A DNA stretch of 63,312 nt, the filler included, from Folioceros fuciformis (taxonomy: Eukaryota): assembly GCA_049999805.1 (NCBI GenBank). It is 10 parts of 10 records of this genome, joined end to end, with 100 filler letters (N's around TTAATTAATTAA, not from the genome) between each part and the next. Parts side by side here need not be neighbours in the genome. Positions count along the whole stretch, not along the records: positions 26,030 to 33,106 come from JBNGIO010000906.1; positions 33,207 to 36,201 come from JBNGIO010000907.1; positions 36,302 to 45,131 come from JBNGIO010000908.1; 7 more parts are not named here. One strand, 5' to 3'. A program made the translations under genes and the position numbers. This document shows positions 26,141 to 38,582 of the stretch, piece after piece. The notes beneath the pieces were generated by a model. That model worked only from the letters and a program-made list of their open reading frames with translations, ran no database searches and was not told the DNA's origin. Numbering within the stretch: position 1 is the stretch's first letter; each line of letters opens with the position of its first letter.

Positions 26141-29071
26141 ATGGAGGGGCAGGTTACCGGTGCTTTTGACGAACAAGAGAAGGTGGCCGCCTTCATGGAG
26201 ATTCTAGGCGAGCCAGCAGATCGAGCGTACCAGTTTTTGCAGGTGAGTTGCTGGCTTTTAGCTAGGACTGTATAGTGATGACCAGATCTGCTGTTTCGAG
26301 GCCCAATTCCGAGATAGCTTCTTGGCGACTCTTTTTGTTGTCAGTTCAGTTCTGTAGCGTTGCTTTTGTTTTCTCCCGCCTGCAAGGTATTGTCTGAATG
26401 TGCTGTGTGCTTGTTGAATGCCTCCTAAGACTTGCCGATTGCTCCGCAATCCGCCCGAGGTTCCTGTAGTTGGCAATTGCATCACGATTAAATTGCTCCT
26501 TTCGTTTCTTTGACCTTCCTCATTTTCTGGGTTTCATTGGGTTTTGAAAATTCTGTTCCTTTCGCGTTTTTTGCTTGCGCTGTGCTCCATCACCGCCCAG
26601 CTTGAACAGAAAGGGGCTCTCGCTTACCCACGGTGGGAAGCCTTTGCTCGTATATACGGATTTGTTTCGGGCCTAACACCTGTGCTGAGTTCCCATTCTT
26701 CCTTTTATGTCTTTGTGCAAGGCAACGAGCTGGCAGCTTGAAGAAGCATTTCAGCTGTATTTTGCGGGAGGAGTTGTTGAAGCTGGAGCTGTTAGTGTAC
26801 CACCTCCAGTTCCACCTTCTGGTCTCTCATCTTCTGGGATTTCTGGATCACCACCTCCACCGGAACAACCTTCCATCCAGAATACTGCATCCAACAGGTT
26901 GAATTCTACTGTCCTTGTCAGCTGTGGCAGCTTATCCCTTTTCTTCCTGTCGACTGTAGTCTAATTCTTCCCAATACCGTGGTGGGCCTTGCAGTTTGAA
27001 AGCCAATGTCGAAGAATACGTACGTGATCCTCTCCCTGTCAAACGAGAAGCTCTGTACGATAACTCTCCACAGTACAGGTATCTTGTTGTGCCCATCTCA
27101 CGCTTATGACTTGCGAGCGTGTGGTTTCCATACTTTTCAAGAGTACCTGCAACCTCAGTTGGCCACCGTGCCCACGAAGCTAGTTGATTGAATTCAGGGC
27201 GCAGGAGGTGGGCAAGACATCAAATCAACCAACGTCTGTGGATGCTTTTCGAAATTTCGAAGATGAGGCAGCTCAGCAATCAAGATGGGGAGCAGACACA
27301 AGTGGGAACCACTTGTCTGGTCCTGCAGCAGTGAAGGACTCATTGGCTGCCATGTACCGTCCACCTTTTTTGCTGATGTTCACAGGAACATTTGAGCAGG
27401 TAATTCTTCATTGGTTTTTGATCTTGTGAACAACTTATTTCTTTATGTCTGTAGTGTCAAGAGATCTTTGCTGTGAAGAAGTTTCTTTTTATGCCTAAAA
27501 TAATCATAAATTCTTTGTCCAGGCGAAAGCTGAGGCTGCAAGGCAAGAAAAGTGGTTGCTGGTGAACTTGCAATCTACCAAGGAGTTCTCGAGTTACACG
27601 GTATCGCATCTGTTCACCATGTTTCGTCATATTCTGATGCTGGCAGAGGAAAAGTGGCTCATGCTGGTGGCAATCGACGCTGGTTCAAATGCCCGCCTAG
27701 GACTGACGGCCTGATTTGACTATCTGTGTTTTCAGCTAAATCGAGACACATGGGCTCACGAAGCTGTGAAAGATACAGTGGGAGTGTCATTTGTCTTCTG
27801 GCAGGTATAATGACTACGTTTGAAAACCTTGAAATTGTGTTTTTGCACTGGGTTCCATGTTCTGGGTTCTGTAGTCCAGATTTCAAGTGTGCTACAGGTA
27901 ACAAGATCTAGATTATGAAAGTTGTCGCTGAAACTGTGCAGGTATATGATGATGCTGATGAAGGGAAAAAGGTTTGTACGTTCTACAAGTTAGCAGCAAT
28001 GCCTACAACTCTAGTTCTGGATCCAATCACAGGACAGAAGATGCGGTCATGGGAAGGGATGATTGGCCCAGATCGTCTGCTTGAGGTAAAGGCTTGCGAA
28101 TGCATAATAGAATGGGAGTAGAAGAGGCTTTGTTGTTGCCCTTTTCCGTTTGCAGAAGTCTCAATTGATCCCTGTGGTCCGTGAGCAAGGTGATCTGTTT
28201 TTCGGTTCAAGGGTGTATAACAGGTGATGGAATGTGTGGCAGGACCTTGTCCCCTTTCTCGACATGGGGCCGTGTGACAAGCAGGTGCCTTCGATCACTC
28301 CTCAGAAGAGGGCTAGAGAATCTGCCTGTCAAGTGTCTGACAATTCTGCAGGTCCTACTTTTCAGAAAAATCCTTGTACGTGTGAGGATTATTAACTCGA
28401 AGCTATTGGTTTGCTTGCAGCCAGTCGTAGATGTTGTTGTTTTCCCTGATTCCCATAGCGTTGGTGTGCTCTGATTAAGTTGGCCTACCTGTAGATCGTG
28501 ATGGAGGCCTCCAAAATAACTGTGATAAGCTTCGGCAAACTTCAGCAGAAGAACATGAAGTACGTCGCGATGAAGAAGAGAAGGGGCGACCTTTTCAAGC
28601 TTCTGAGTCTTCAGCTAAAAACACATGCTTGGAAGACTTTGGCCAAGTATCTGATCTCCCTGAAGAGCCTGCAGCTGACACTCCCATGGCATGCAGAGTA
28701 GCTTTTCGTTTTCCTGATGGCAAGAGGAGTCAAAGGAGATTCCTTCTCACGGATCCTGTGAAGGTACGCGGTCTCAAAATGTCGTAGGTCTGGAATGTGA
28801 CGATAAGGGTTTATTCGATTTCAATCAACTTGGTTTCAACTCAATGTGAAGTCTACTTGGGTTCATCTTGATTTCCAGGGCTGAGAAATCTGGCGTGTTG
28901 TGGCAGTACCTCTGGTCATTTTGCCGTAGCCAGGTGCAGGGAGCTGAAGGACGCGCGTTTCGCCTCACACATTCTATTCCAGGCGCATCTGGCTCGCTGC
29001 ATCACGGCTCAAGCCTGACCATGCTGGAGGCAGGAGTTGCAAACTCGATGCTTGTGATGACATGGCTTTAG
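26141..29071 (+). CDS. Plant UBX-domain protein (PUX7-like; UBA-like, UAS and UBX domains), multi-exon
   Basis: ATSWQLEEAFQLYF, LAAMYRPPFLLMFTGTFEQ, KWLLVNLQSTKEFSS, LNRDTWAHEAV, LDPITGQKMRSW, RFPDGKRSQR. Confidence 0.9.
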
Positions 29072-30245
29072 ACTTACGTGGGAGGCATAGTGGAATTTCG
29101 AAACGGAGCTTGTTAGGGGTTAGTGGTTGGAAATTGTCGTCGGGACGGAGATCGCCTCCCGTCTCGGTCCTAAGTGTAGACGGGTATGATCATTGTTCCT
29201 TCAAGACGAGGAGGGACAAGTATTACCTTTCTGAGGTCTGGGGGCCAGTGGACTGTCGCAAGATACTAAGGAGGTACACTGTATTCCATTAAGTTACATT
29301 CTGAGATGCAGTTGCATATTCTGGAAGGTGATTCGTTCAATCATCATGTTGAACAGACACACCTCGTCGCTGTTCGTCAGGTCTGAGAATCCTTTGGCGT
29401 TCCAACGAACCGATCAAAAATGCCCCTTAATACCGTTCTATCCCGAGTGAAACTCTAGCAGGATCGACTACAAGCGTAATTCATGTCCAGTTATCGTCTA
29501 CAGCAGAACCCAATCGCGAAAACGCAACCCCGCCTCCGTCCACACATGTACTAACCAGCCAGTAAAAGAGAGGCAACTTAGGGTTTAGTTATCCAATGCT
29601 TAAGATAAAGCGTAGCGAGGAGAACCATAAATTGAATACCAACAACTAGGATTTAGAACTTGTGATCCCTACCCTCCTTGTCACATTAGCGGATTCAACA
29701 TAAGGTCCCTGCTTTAAGATGATAGTCAACGCGGTACTACCATGTTAGAGTATGTCAAAGCGTGATTATCCTAAACACTCACCTACACGTGACTAGACGA
29801 ATCACCAAGGTACGCCAAATTCGAGAGAACATTGATTGTGCATGCCCCGAAAATCAGCCGCGAGAAGGAACCCTATTTTGGTGCAAATATGTACGTACCA
29901 GAAAGTTCCACTCCCTCGTAGCTGAGCCTGATGTGTCATGACAAGACTTCAGCTGCACTTTTCGCAAGACAACGGCGATGTCGGTCGAAAGCAAATGCGC
30001 AAATTGCTTACGACATTCACAGATTCATCTCGCACAACAAGCCCCTGCATGACCCGTCGCCACAGCAGGCAGAGACGGTACAGGGGGGACTGTAGAAAAA
30101 ATTCACTTCATTATAGTAGAGGAATAACAGATCAAAGGCAAGATCTGACGCAAAGTTCATCAACAAGCTTGTCGAGAAGCTCTCATGCAGGCTATCCTTG
30201 CCGCTGGCCGCGCAATCTGACCAGGCAGCGGATCCTGTCGAACCG

Positions 30246-30674
30246 CTACGCCAGTCCTCCACTCGAAGCTGTCCTGATTATTTGAAGAAGAGCTGTCACA
30301 AAATCTAGTGTCAGCCATGGGCCGCACAAACCACTCCCCTCGCCATAATTCAGAGACAAAACTTACCAGACCCTATGACAACAAAGATGAAGAAGCCTAA
30401 GACCATGGGGCCAACCGGGTACTGACTACCCTTCTTCAATGTCGTCTCTGGTACAGCTCCTCGCTTAAGAACATTCTTCTGGAACTTGGCAATTTTCCGA
30501 TCCGCCAATCTCTTGGATGTCGTCTGCCAACACCAACGACGGACATAGTATGAGCTAGTTGGCAAACCCCTGCGCAAAGCAATCGCGAGGCAGATCCGGC
30601 TGCAACGCGGTACTTCTGCTTCGCCACTTCTTCAGCTGTCACGAATCCAGGCCGTTCGACCTACAACTCACCAT
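30246..30674 (-). CDS. RAMP4: RAMP4/SERP1 stress-associated ER protein; exons ATG 30672-30674, 30367-30523, 30246-30292
   Basis: M|TTSKRLADRKIAKFQKNVLKRGAVPET..YPVGPMVLGFFIFVVIGSALLQIIRTASSGG. Confidence 0.93.
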
Positions 30675-30853
30675 CTTGCCCGCAAGCAGGAGTCACGAGA
30701 CTGGTGAGTGCTTCAGAGCGATGTTGACGAGGGACTTCTCACCGTGAGAAAGCTTTTAGGGCGGAATGACTCCAACTGTAGGGTGTGTGCCACTTATAAC
30801 TCCTGCCGATACTGCCCGAACGTGTCTCGGATGACTGTCGCGTGGTCACGCGC

Positions 30854-33106
30854 ATGGCGGGAGTCCAGTCATCTCGTTTGGCTCCATGCCCCGTGTATCG
30901 GGTCCTCTACCTTCTTACAGTTCTGCCCATGTTGCTGGCCGCTTTTGCATTTCTGCTTCAGTGGAATGGAGAAGTGAACGATTCTGCTGGAACTGCACGG
31001 CTGGATGGCGAGACTCTTAGATTTCCGGGCATGCAATTCACCTCTCCTTCCGCTGTGCACTTGTCCGCTGGCGATGCTCTCAGTCGGTTGCAGCCCAATT
31101 CTGCCACCTCGGTGCCCCACCAGCCTGGCTGGCAAGATCTGTCCTTAAATGATTTGGGTCCCAAGGTGAGATTTGCCCTAGAGGTGCCAAATAATTTGCG
31201 AAGGAACTCCTTGGCCAGTTACGATTGACATCTTGCTATCCCTGCTTGAACCAGATATGCATTGCCTCAAGCACATCAGCTGGGCTGGATCAGATTTTGC
31301 CCTGGCTGTTCTTTCATCGTGTGCTCGGTGTGACCAGATTTTTCCTCTTCGTAGAGGGGAAGGCAGCCTCTCAGCACAGTACAGCTATCCTCGAAAGCAT
31401 TCCAGTGAGTACGACCTACCCATCTGTTCGGCTGTTTTTCGAAGGCTGTTATTCCGCATTAATTTTTATGCATGGTCGCAGGGTGTAACTGTGGTTCATC
31501 GGACAAAGGACTTGGAAGAGCGGCAAGAGAAAAGGTTAGTCTTATTTGACCTTGGCTGCAGATCTGATGGCTGGATCTGTTCTATGTTCAATATCTACCT
31601 ATTATGCCGCGTGACTCTGTGCAGCGTTGACTTAAAGTATGTGGCATCGGACAGCGTTTGTTGTTGGCAGCTTGTTAATATGTGACTCACTGTTTGATAT
31701 CAGTCGGATCTGGAATGAGACTTGGTTGTCAAGTTTCTTCTATCGGCCTTGTAATTACGAGCTATTTGTGAAGCAGTCCCTTAACATGGAGATGGCGATA
31801 GTGATGGCCCGAGTAAGCATTTCATGATGATCTGTGGCAAACCATATCGAGGGCATTGATTGCGGCAGATTGCATGCCATGTAGGCGGGCCCTTTCTTTG
31901 GTTAATTTGTCCATGCTGTGACCGTAGTCGTCGTCCATCAAAGAGATAGGCACATGGCTGGATCGTGTCCCGATCTAAGGAAGTGTTTTCTGGAAACTGC
32001 AATTGTAGGATTCTGGCATGGAGTGGATTATTCACCTGGACACGGATGAATTAATGCACCCAGCGGGCGCCAGGGAGTATTCTCTTCGAAGTCTTCTTGG
32101 TGATGTTGCGGCTGACGTGGACATGGTTGTTTTCCCAAATTATGTGAGTGATGACATGCGGAGGTTGCAGCACTTTGAACATTGAGTCTCCAAGTGAGCT
32201 CTTTCAATTATTCCTTGCTCCACCAATCAGCTACACTGCTCACCAGTAATTCGTTGGAGTACAGGAGAGTGCTATTGAACGGGATGATATTGTGGATCCC
32301 TTTACTGAGGTGAGTGTAACATTCTAGCTGAATTGGTGCCAATTTGCAGGATACCGCGTAGCAATTATAGCCTTCTGAACAGGTTGTGCTCTTTTTGGCA
32401 TGCATGGGATGCTTCAGCTTTGTTGTTAAAGACAGATATGTGTGTCATGAAGGTCATTTGGCCGAATTTTCGGAATCAGCCCGTCATGGTGATACTTAGC
32501 AGCTGCTTTGTGCGATGTCTGTGAGAAAGGTTTGCAGAACGTTGCATAGAAGCCTCTGTAAAAACTGGGTATTCTATTGTTCGCTGAAAAACTTATGATT
32601 TATGCAGGTCTCCATGTTCAAAAAGAACTTTGATCATGTACCGAAGGAAACGTATTTTGGCTTGTACAAAGAGGCCACCCGAGGCAATCCAAATTATTTT
32701 CTGACCTATGGAAATGGCAAGGCCGCAGCACGAGTTCAGGATCATCTTCGCCCAAATGGTGCCCATCGCTGGCACAACTACATGAAGAACCCGAAGTCAG
32801 TTATATGTGTTTAGTTGAATTGAAGAAACTGTGGCAAACTGGTTCGCTTGAGCTGACGGGAATGGATGATTGCTGGCCTGTAGCGAGGTTAAATTGGAGG
32901 AAGCAGCAGTTCTTCATTACACGTACGCAAAGTTTTCAGACTTGACATCAAGGCGTGATCGGTGTAACTGTAAGCCTACGAAGGAGGACGTGAAGAGATG
33001 CTTCATGCTGGAGTTCGATCGAGCCGTATGGTTTTCTCGTTTTCATACGAACGTCTTTGTGTAGTATGTAAAAGCTGCTTTTCTTCTAATGTTATTATGT
33101 CCATTG
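30854..33106 (+). CDS. KOB1: KOBITO1/ELD1/ABI8 glycosyltransferase-like protein, 5' and central exons (truncated at gap)
   Basis: [98 protein letters not shown]. Confidence 0.93.
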
Positions 33107-34477
33107 NNNNNNNNNNNNNNNNNNNNNNNNNNNNNNNNNNNNNNNNNNNNTTAATTAATTAANNNNNNNNNNNNNNNNNNNNNNNNNNNNNNNNNNNNNN
33201 NNNNNNGACAGTCTCTGCTGTAGAGGCCGAGCTTCTGAGTGGTACGAGACAGACTGGTGAAACGCGTTTATCGCGGGCACGTTCACACCCTAAACAGCTT
33301 TTAGCAGATGATTTGCTTAATTAGTTTGCTATTTAGACTGTATATACAATGAGAGGGGGTGTTAAAAATAATAGGTAATTATTAGTACATTGTTATATAC
33401 GTAGAACTTACATTAGGGCACCCAACTGGTAACCCTAGAGGTAGTTATTAGTTGTAACCGTTTTTATGGGTCTCGGACACTTTTGTGCTGAGTTCGCCTG
33501 ACATATAAGATATTCGTTGCTAGTGTGTCTCGAGCGTGTGTGATCTGCATGGGAACGATTCACAAACGCAACAACCATGCTAGTAGAAGAAAGCTCTACC
33601 GAAGTTGGGGAAGCAACAATAGTCGTGGAACCAACAAACCGGGGTGATTGGAATGCTCACCCGCACCAAGAGGACCGGACTGGAGACGGCAGCAGCCATA
33701 GGGACAGAAGGCTCCCCAGCACCCTTAGAAAGCAAAAGATAGACAATCAGGGGTAGCCCACGGGAGGAGGGGGTAAGCACCTCATGTGCAGCAGGAGGCC
33801 AAGTTGTATTAAAGCACATGGATGAGGAGTCTTACATTCCTGGCCTCTATGTGAATGGGGACCATGTACTTAACCTTACTGTCCATGTGCGTGTGAAAAT
33901 AGGAGGGATCAAGGCCTACTGCCAGAAATGAGGACCCACAGGGGATGCTTCTCCCATTGCTTCCAAGTATGGGGGTTGACCCCCTGTTATTCGGAGGCCG
34001 TTTTGAAGGAGTGCACCGAAGAGGAAGCACATGCCTGGGTGGAGCAAGAACCCATAATGATCCTCAGCAGCAGGCGACCAGGAGGAGGAGAGAGGACTCC
34101 CCGGCGGACCCCACCCATGCCTAAGCAGGAGAAGTCAAGTAGTAGTGAAAGCGAGGTGGAGGTTTTATGGGAGGACTTGCCTAACCAGCAGAGGGGGAGG
34201 AGAGCCCAGGGATTTGGCGGCCGAGGAAGGAGGACACAAAGGCCGGATAAGAGGCAAGTGCAGCGTTGAGATAGGCCAGAATTTATTGCATCTTAAAATA
34301 GTGCTTAGTTAAGATTTGGTGAAGATGCTTTCTTAGACCTGATGCTGCTTGCAATTAAGAGCATGTGACTGTTTAGACTAGACATATGGCGGGCTGTGAC
34401 CCCCGCTCTGAACTCGTTGTACAAAGAGGCATGTTGGGGCCTCTCTAATCAGTAAATGTTGGAGACACTCCCAGGTC

Positions 34478-34820
34478 GAGATCCCCGCGCTGCCAAGAAG
34501 GGTAGGATGCACGAAAAGCTCCTAGGCAGAGTCGCAAAGCATTGCTCCACGGCTGGTGGTGAGGGGACGAATCCGCAAAAACCACGGTACGAGAAGATCT
34601 TTCCTTCCCTATTCACCGAGTCATTCGCCGTGCTCGGAATTGGGGTGTGTGTGCAGGTCTGCCTTTCGGTTGAGATCCCCGCGTTGCCAAGGAGGGTAGC
34701 GTGCGCGAGAGGCTCCTTGAAGAATAGTGGCATATTGCTCCATGGCGAGTGGCAAGGGGGACGAATTTGCAAGAACCGCGGCACGAGAGGATCTTCCCTT
34801 CCCTATTCCCCAAGTCATTT
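34478..34820 (+). repeat. Diverged tandem duplication, about 194-bp period
   Basis: GAGATCCCCGCG-TGCCAAG..CATTGCTCCA..GGGACGAAT..CCTTCCCTATTC..GTCATT occurs from 34478 and from 34672. Confidence 0.75.
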
Positions 34821-35634
34821 GCTGCATTCCGAAAACCATATCAAGTGAGCAGGTAAGACGAGTGAGGAAAGTGAGACGAGTGAGAAGTTGGGAAGAGAAG
34901 GAGGGAAGAGAGAATAGTGTGGCCAACGCTGAACGCGGCACGAGGCATGTGGCAGAAGGCTTGAGACTGAGACGAAGGACTAACTGATCTAACTGGAGAA
35001 TTACGTGAGCTTGAGTGCTGGGTGGTTGAAGATGTCGTAAGTGATTTCGAATTGTTGCGAGGAACCGCTAAGGGTTGTGAAGGGCAGGAACGATGATGTG
35101 AAGTAAGCTGAGAGATTGCGGAGGTTTCATGACTGTCACCTAGGAGAATGGAGAGTATTTGGATCTTACCCTGGGGCAACGATTGTGCAACAAAACTGTG
35201 TGTGTGTGTGTGTGCGTGTGTGGTTAATACTTACGACTGTGAGGAAGTGTGGTTGAACCATGGCAATCAATTTTCCTGAAGGTGGTCACTGCATGTGTGA
35301 GTAGCAACCAATAAGAGTAGATTTGTGAGTTTGGAAGCTTAGGAACAGACGCTTGGGGAAGAAACCCGCAACGGCGCAGGCTCTACAACATATTAGTTAG
35401 GGTTGTGGGTGGGACCCACCATGGTTGTGGAGGGAGCTATTGGTAGGGGAGTCTAAGACTACGGTACCGGAGTAGGAACCAAGGTCGTTGAACAAGGTCA
35501 AGGTAGTTGGACCCTAGAGGGCGGTAGCAGCTGAACTAGTGGGTAGAAGTGACGGTAAGGGACGGGACCCAACTTGGGTAAGAGTCGGCAGTAGTAGAAG
35601 CCTATGTTACTTGGCACAAATCATTTCCTTGGGA

Positions 35635-35794
35635 GCGAATCCCACGACTATAGCGACATAGAGGCAACGACATAGCCAATCCCACAACTACAACGACATA
35701 GAGGCAACGACATAGTGAATCCCACAACTACAACGACATAGAGGCAACGACATAGCGAATCCCACAACTACAACGACATAGAGGCAACGACATA
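35635..35794 (+). repeat. 40-bp minisatellite, 4 copies
   Basis: GCGAATCCCACAACTACAACGACATAGAGGCAACGACATA x4. Confidence 0.93.
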
Positions 35795-36050
35795 CAGGGT
35801 GAATGTGGACCTCATGATGTCCCCGGACACAACATTTAACTCCACACGCTTGCTCTAGCAATGTGTGTTGCATTCATAATAGAAAGTACATGCCCTTATA
35901 TAGGTAAAGTTGTTATAACCATGAAGTAGTTATAACCAACCAAATAATTAAATAACTACTTAAGGAAACTGCCTCGTGCTCTAAGAATAAAATAAAGTAT
36001 TCAACCCTAGGTGCCCTAATGAAGAGTGCCCTAAAAGTAAGCTATTTTAT

Positions 36051-36201
36051 CACTACCCAACTTGGACCCCACTATTGTCAAAATGACTTGGGTCCCTCCA
36101 AAGGATTACCCTTGCCAAGTGTGTTGTGTGGTAGATGATGCAAAGCTCATGCTGCTCTGTGATGGATGCAATGGTGGATTCCATTTGTTTTGCTTGGATC
36201 C
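36051..36201 (+). mobile_element. PHD-finger coding fragment, probably the C-terminus of a retrotransposon polyprotein (truncated at gap)
   Basis: LPNLDPTIV..WVPPKDYPCQVC....DAKLMLLCDGCNGGFHLFCLD, a C4HC3 PHD pattern, in repeat-rich context. Confidence 0.6.
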
Positions 36202-37547
36202 NNNNNNNNNNNNNNNNNNNNNNNNNNNNNNNNNNNNNNNNNNNNTTAATTAATTAANNNNNNNNNNNNNNNNNNNNNNNNNNNNNNNNNNNNNNNNNNN
36301 NTATATAGACCTTGTGTTAGTGGCCATTGTAAGAAGCCTAACTACATAATGTAAGCTACTGGTTTTCATATGAATTTAAATATGTGCTCAAAATGAATAT
36401 TTTGCTTAAGTTCCAAGTCTTGCTCGGAATATTCTCTCATAAGAAAATTTGCAGCTTTTTATTCCTTAATTTTTTTTTTATACTTTCTCATAATTTGTTC
36501 ACCAAAATGAATAAACCGCATACAAATGTTCAATTGTAGATGAACTATAACAAAATCTACAGTTTCCATCACAAATTGCGAGGAATCTTGTTTGTGACTA
36601 CTTTATTAATATGAAAGGGATACCTATATTGTTTTTACTAAATAAAAATTTATAATTTTTTGTATTATGTTGTGTTATTATATATATTACTTATGAATCA
36701 AATATTAAGAATTATAGTCTTTACAAAGATATAGCCTTAGGGGTTGTGGGTGTTTGTGGGGCTAGTAAACATGGGCGTCTTGGCTTTTAGTTCTCCAAAG
36801 GCTCTTTCCTCCTCTTGTTTGGGGTAGATGGGATTTTCCATCTCATTTGTGTTTCTTCTTTACAAAGAGTTACATCAAAGATATGTAAAACTTTTATGTA
36901 GTAAACAAAAAAATCCAACCTTTATCTTAGATGCTAGAAAGGAAAGCTTGAAGTTGGTTGGGTTGAGTAGATGGCTTGATCAAGAAGCTTTCTTGTGCAA
37001 AACAAACCATCAGTGCACAAAACAACAATGCGCACCATATGACAAAAGAGGTTGTGCATTTATTAGTCTCCACACCTTCAGAGCACCTCCTCTGCTAGGC
37101 TCTCGAAACCTTATCACCAAAGTAGAAGAAACGCTACAACTAGAAAACGTCCATACTGGCCCCTTAGCATCTTGTTACAAAAATAGCAAAACAATGCTAC
37201 CAACACTTCATGGATTTGCCTATGCAAAGAACTACAAGAGTTCGCTATTGAAAATTTTCGTTGATAAAATAATCCGTCCTACAAATAATGCAAACCATTT
37301 ACTCTACGTATTATAGAACAACACATTACATCCATTTATCCAATTCACACTAGTACAATATACAATATAGCAAGAAATTATGAATTATATCACAAAACAA
37401 ACGACGCAACAATATCGTCAACGAATATAATCTCTGGACATGTTTATCGTCAATATATCGTAATTGAATTATCGATATAATCTCTTGCAATAACACACGT
37501 ATAACGAAGGATTTGTCGCACTGCATAAGTAAGCCTTAATGCTAGAG

Positions 37548-37961
37548 TCATGGAGTGTACTTACTATAACCCATTTGACACAATGGGGTTTCTAGACTGC
37601 CTCTTAGAGAATTGTAACAACTTTCATCCACAATACCTAGTCCATAGTAAAGCTGGCTTGCAACATATGTTAAGCATTGACGACAACCTGTTATACTTGT
37701 ATTAATTTTACAACTGGCAGTTATGGCAATAGTTCCTTCCACATTGTGTCCAGTGAAAACTTGAAATTGGTGTGAATCAGTTTGGTGTGCCATATAATAT
37801 TCGACTGTCCCATAGAGAGTTTTCCTAACTTGGTCATCGTAGATAACACCTGCTACGCCATCAGGACGTTTGCCCTCACAATAGTACCGCACATCTTGCC
37901 CAAGCACACCTAAGTTGATCCAACAAAGTAGCATGAGAAGCAAGAGCATTGCACAAGCCAT
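37548..37961 (-). CDS. Small secreted Cys-rich Gnk2/DUF26 (ginkbilobin-2-like) protein
   Basis: Hydrophobic signal peptide; C-X8-C-X2-C (CKINTSITGCRQC) followed by C..G.L....C.MGY. Confidence 0.8.
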   Translation of the reverse strand: MACAMLLLLMLLCWINLGVLGQDVRYYCEGKRPDGVAGVIYDDQVRKTLYGTVEYYMAHQTDSHQFQVFTGHNVEGTIAITASCKINTSITGCRQCLTYVASQLYYGLGIVDESCYNSLRGSLETPLCQMGYSKYTP

Positions 37962-38582
37962 AGTTTCAATAGTTTCAAGCAAGGCTTGAGGTTTTGCAAA
38001 TGCTAAACTTGGAAGCTAGGATTGGGTATATATATCATGTTTGGAAGATGTCTCTCTACATAATTTTCAGTGCTCCTTTTGGACTGGTTTCGTGTTGGAT
38101 GAGGTTTTTTTTATCTGGAAATATATAAAATCAGTTGTCACATTTTTTCCTCTTTTATTTACGCATTCCCATGGATAGATGATTCTTATAGCTTTTTCAA
38201 CTATAAATATTCTTTCATTATCAGCAAACAGATACAAGTAGGACATACTTTTTTCATTTCATTTTTCTAAAATAAATAGAAAATCAATCACCATTAGTGC
38301 ATGAGTACAGCAATATGTGGAGATCCTCTCTCAGTCAAAAGAATGTCAACATAGGAATCCAGCCAGACTTGACATTCTAGGTTCTGATGATCAGTATTTA
38401 GTTCTAGATATTTCAAGTAAAATAAACTAGATATTATGGAGCTATGAACACTGAGTAGACCTGTCCCATGCAAGCATAATTCAGGACTGACCATGCACAA
38501 GGTGGTGGGTGAACATAAAACGTGGATTGCGAAGTAGATGGAAGAATCTGGAGTGAAGTACAATGGATGCTGAAGGAACTGA

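Noticed and set aside
35635-35794. CRISPR-like appearance of short repeats (also 16882-17040 and 57693-57770)
   Set aside because: Head-to-tail units without unique spacers, no cas genes, eukaryotic context.
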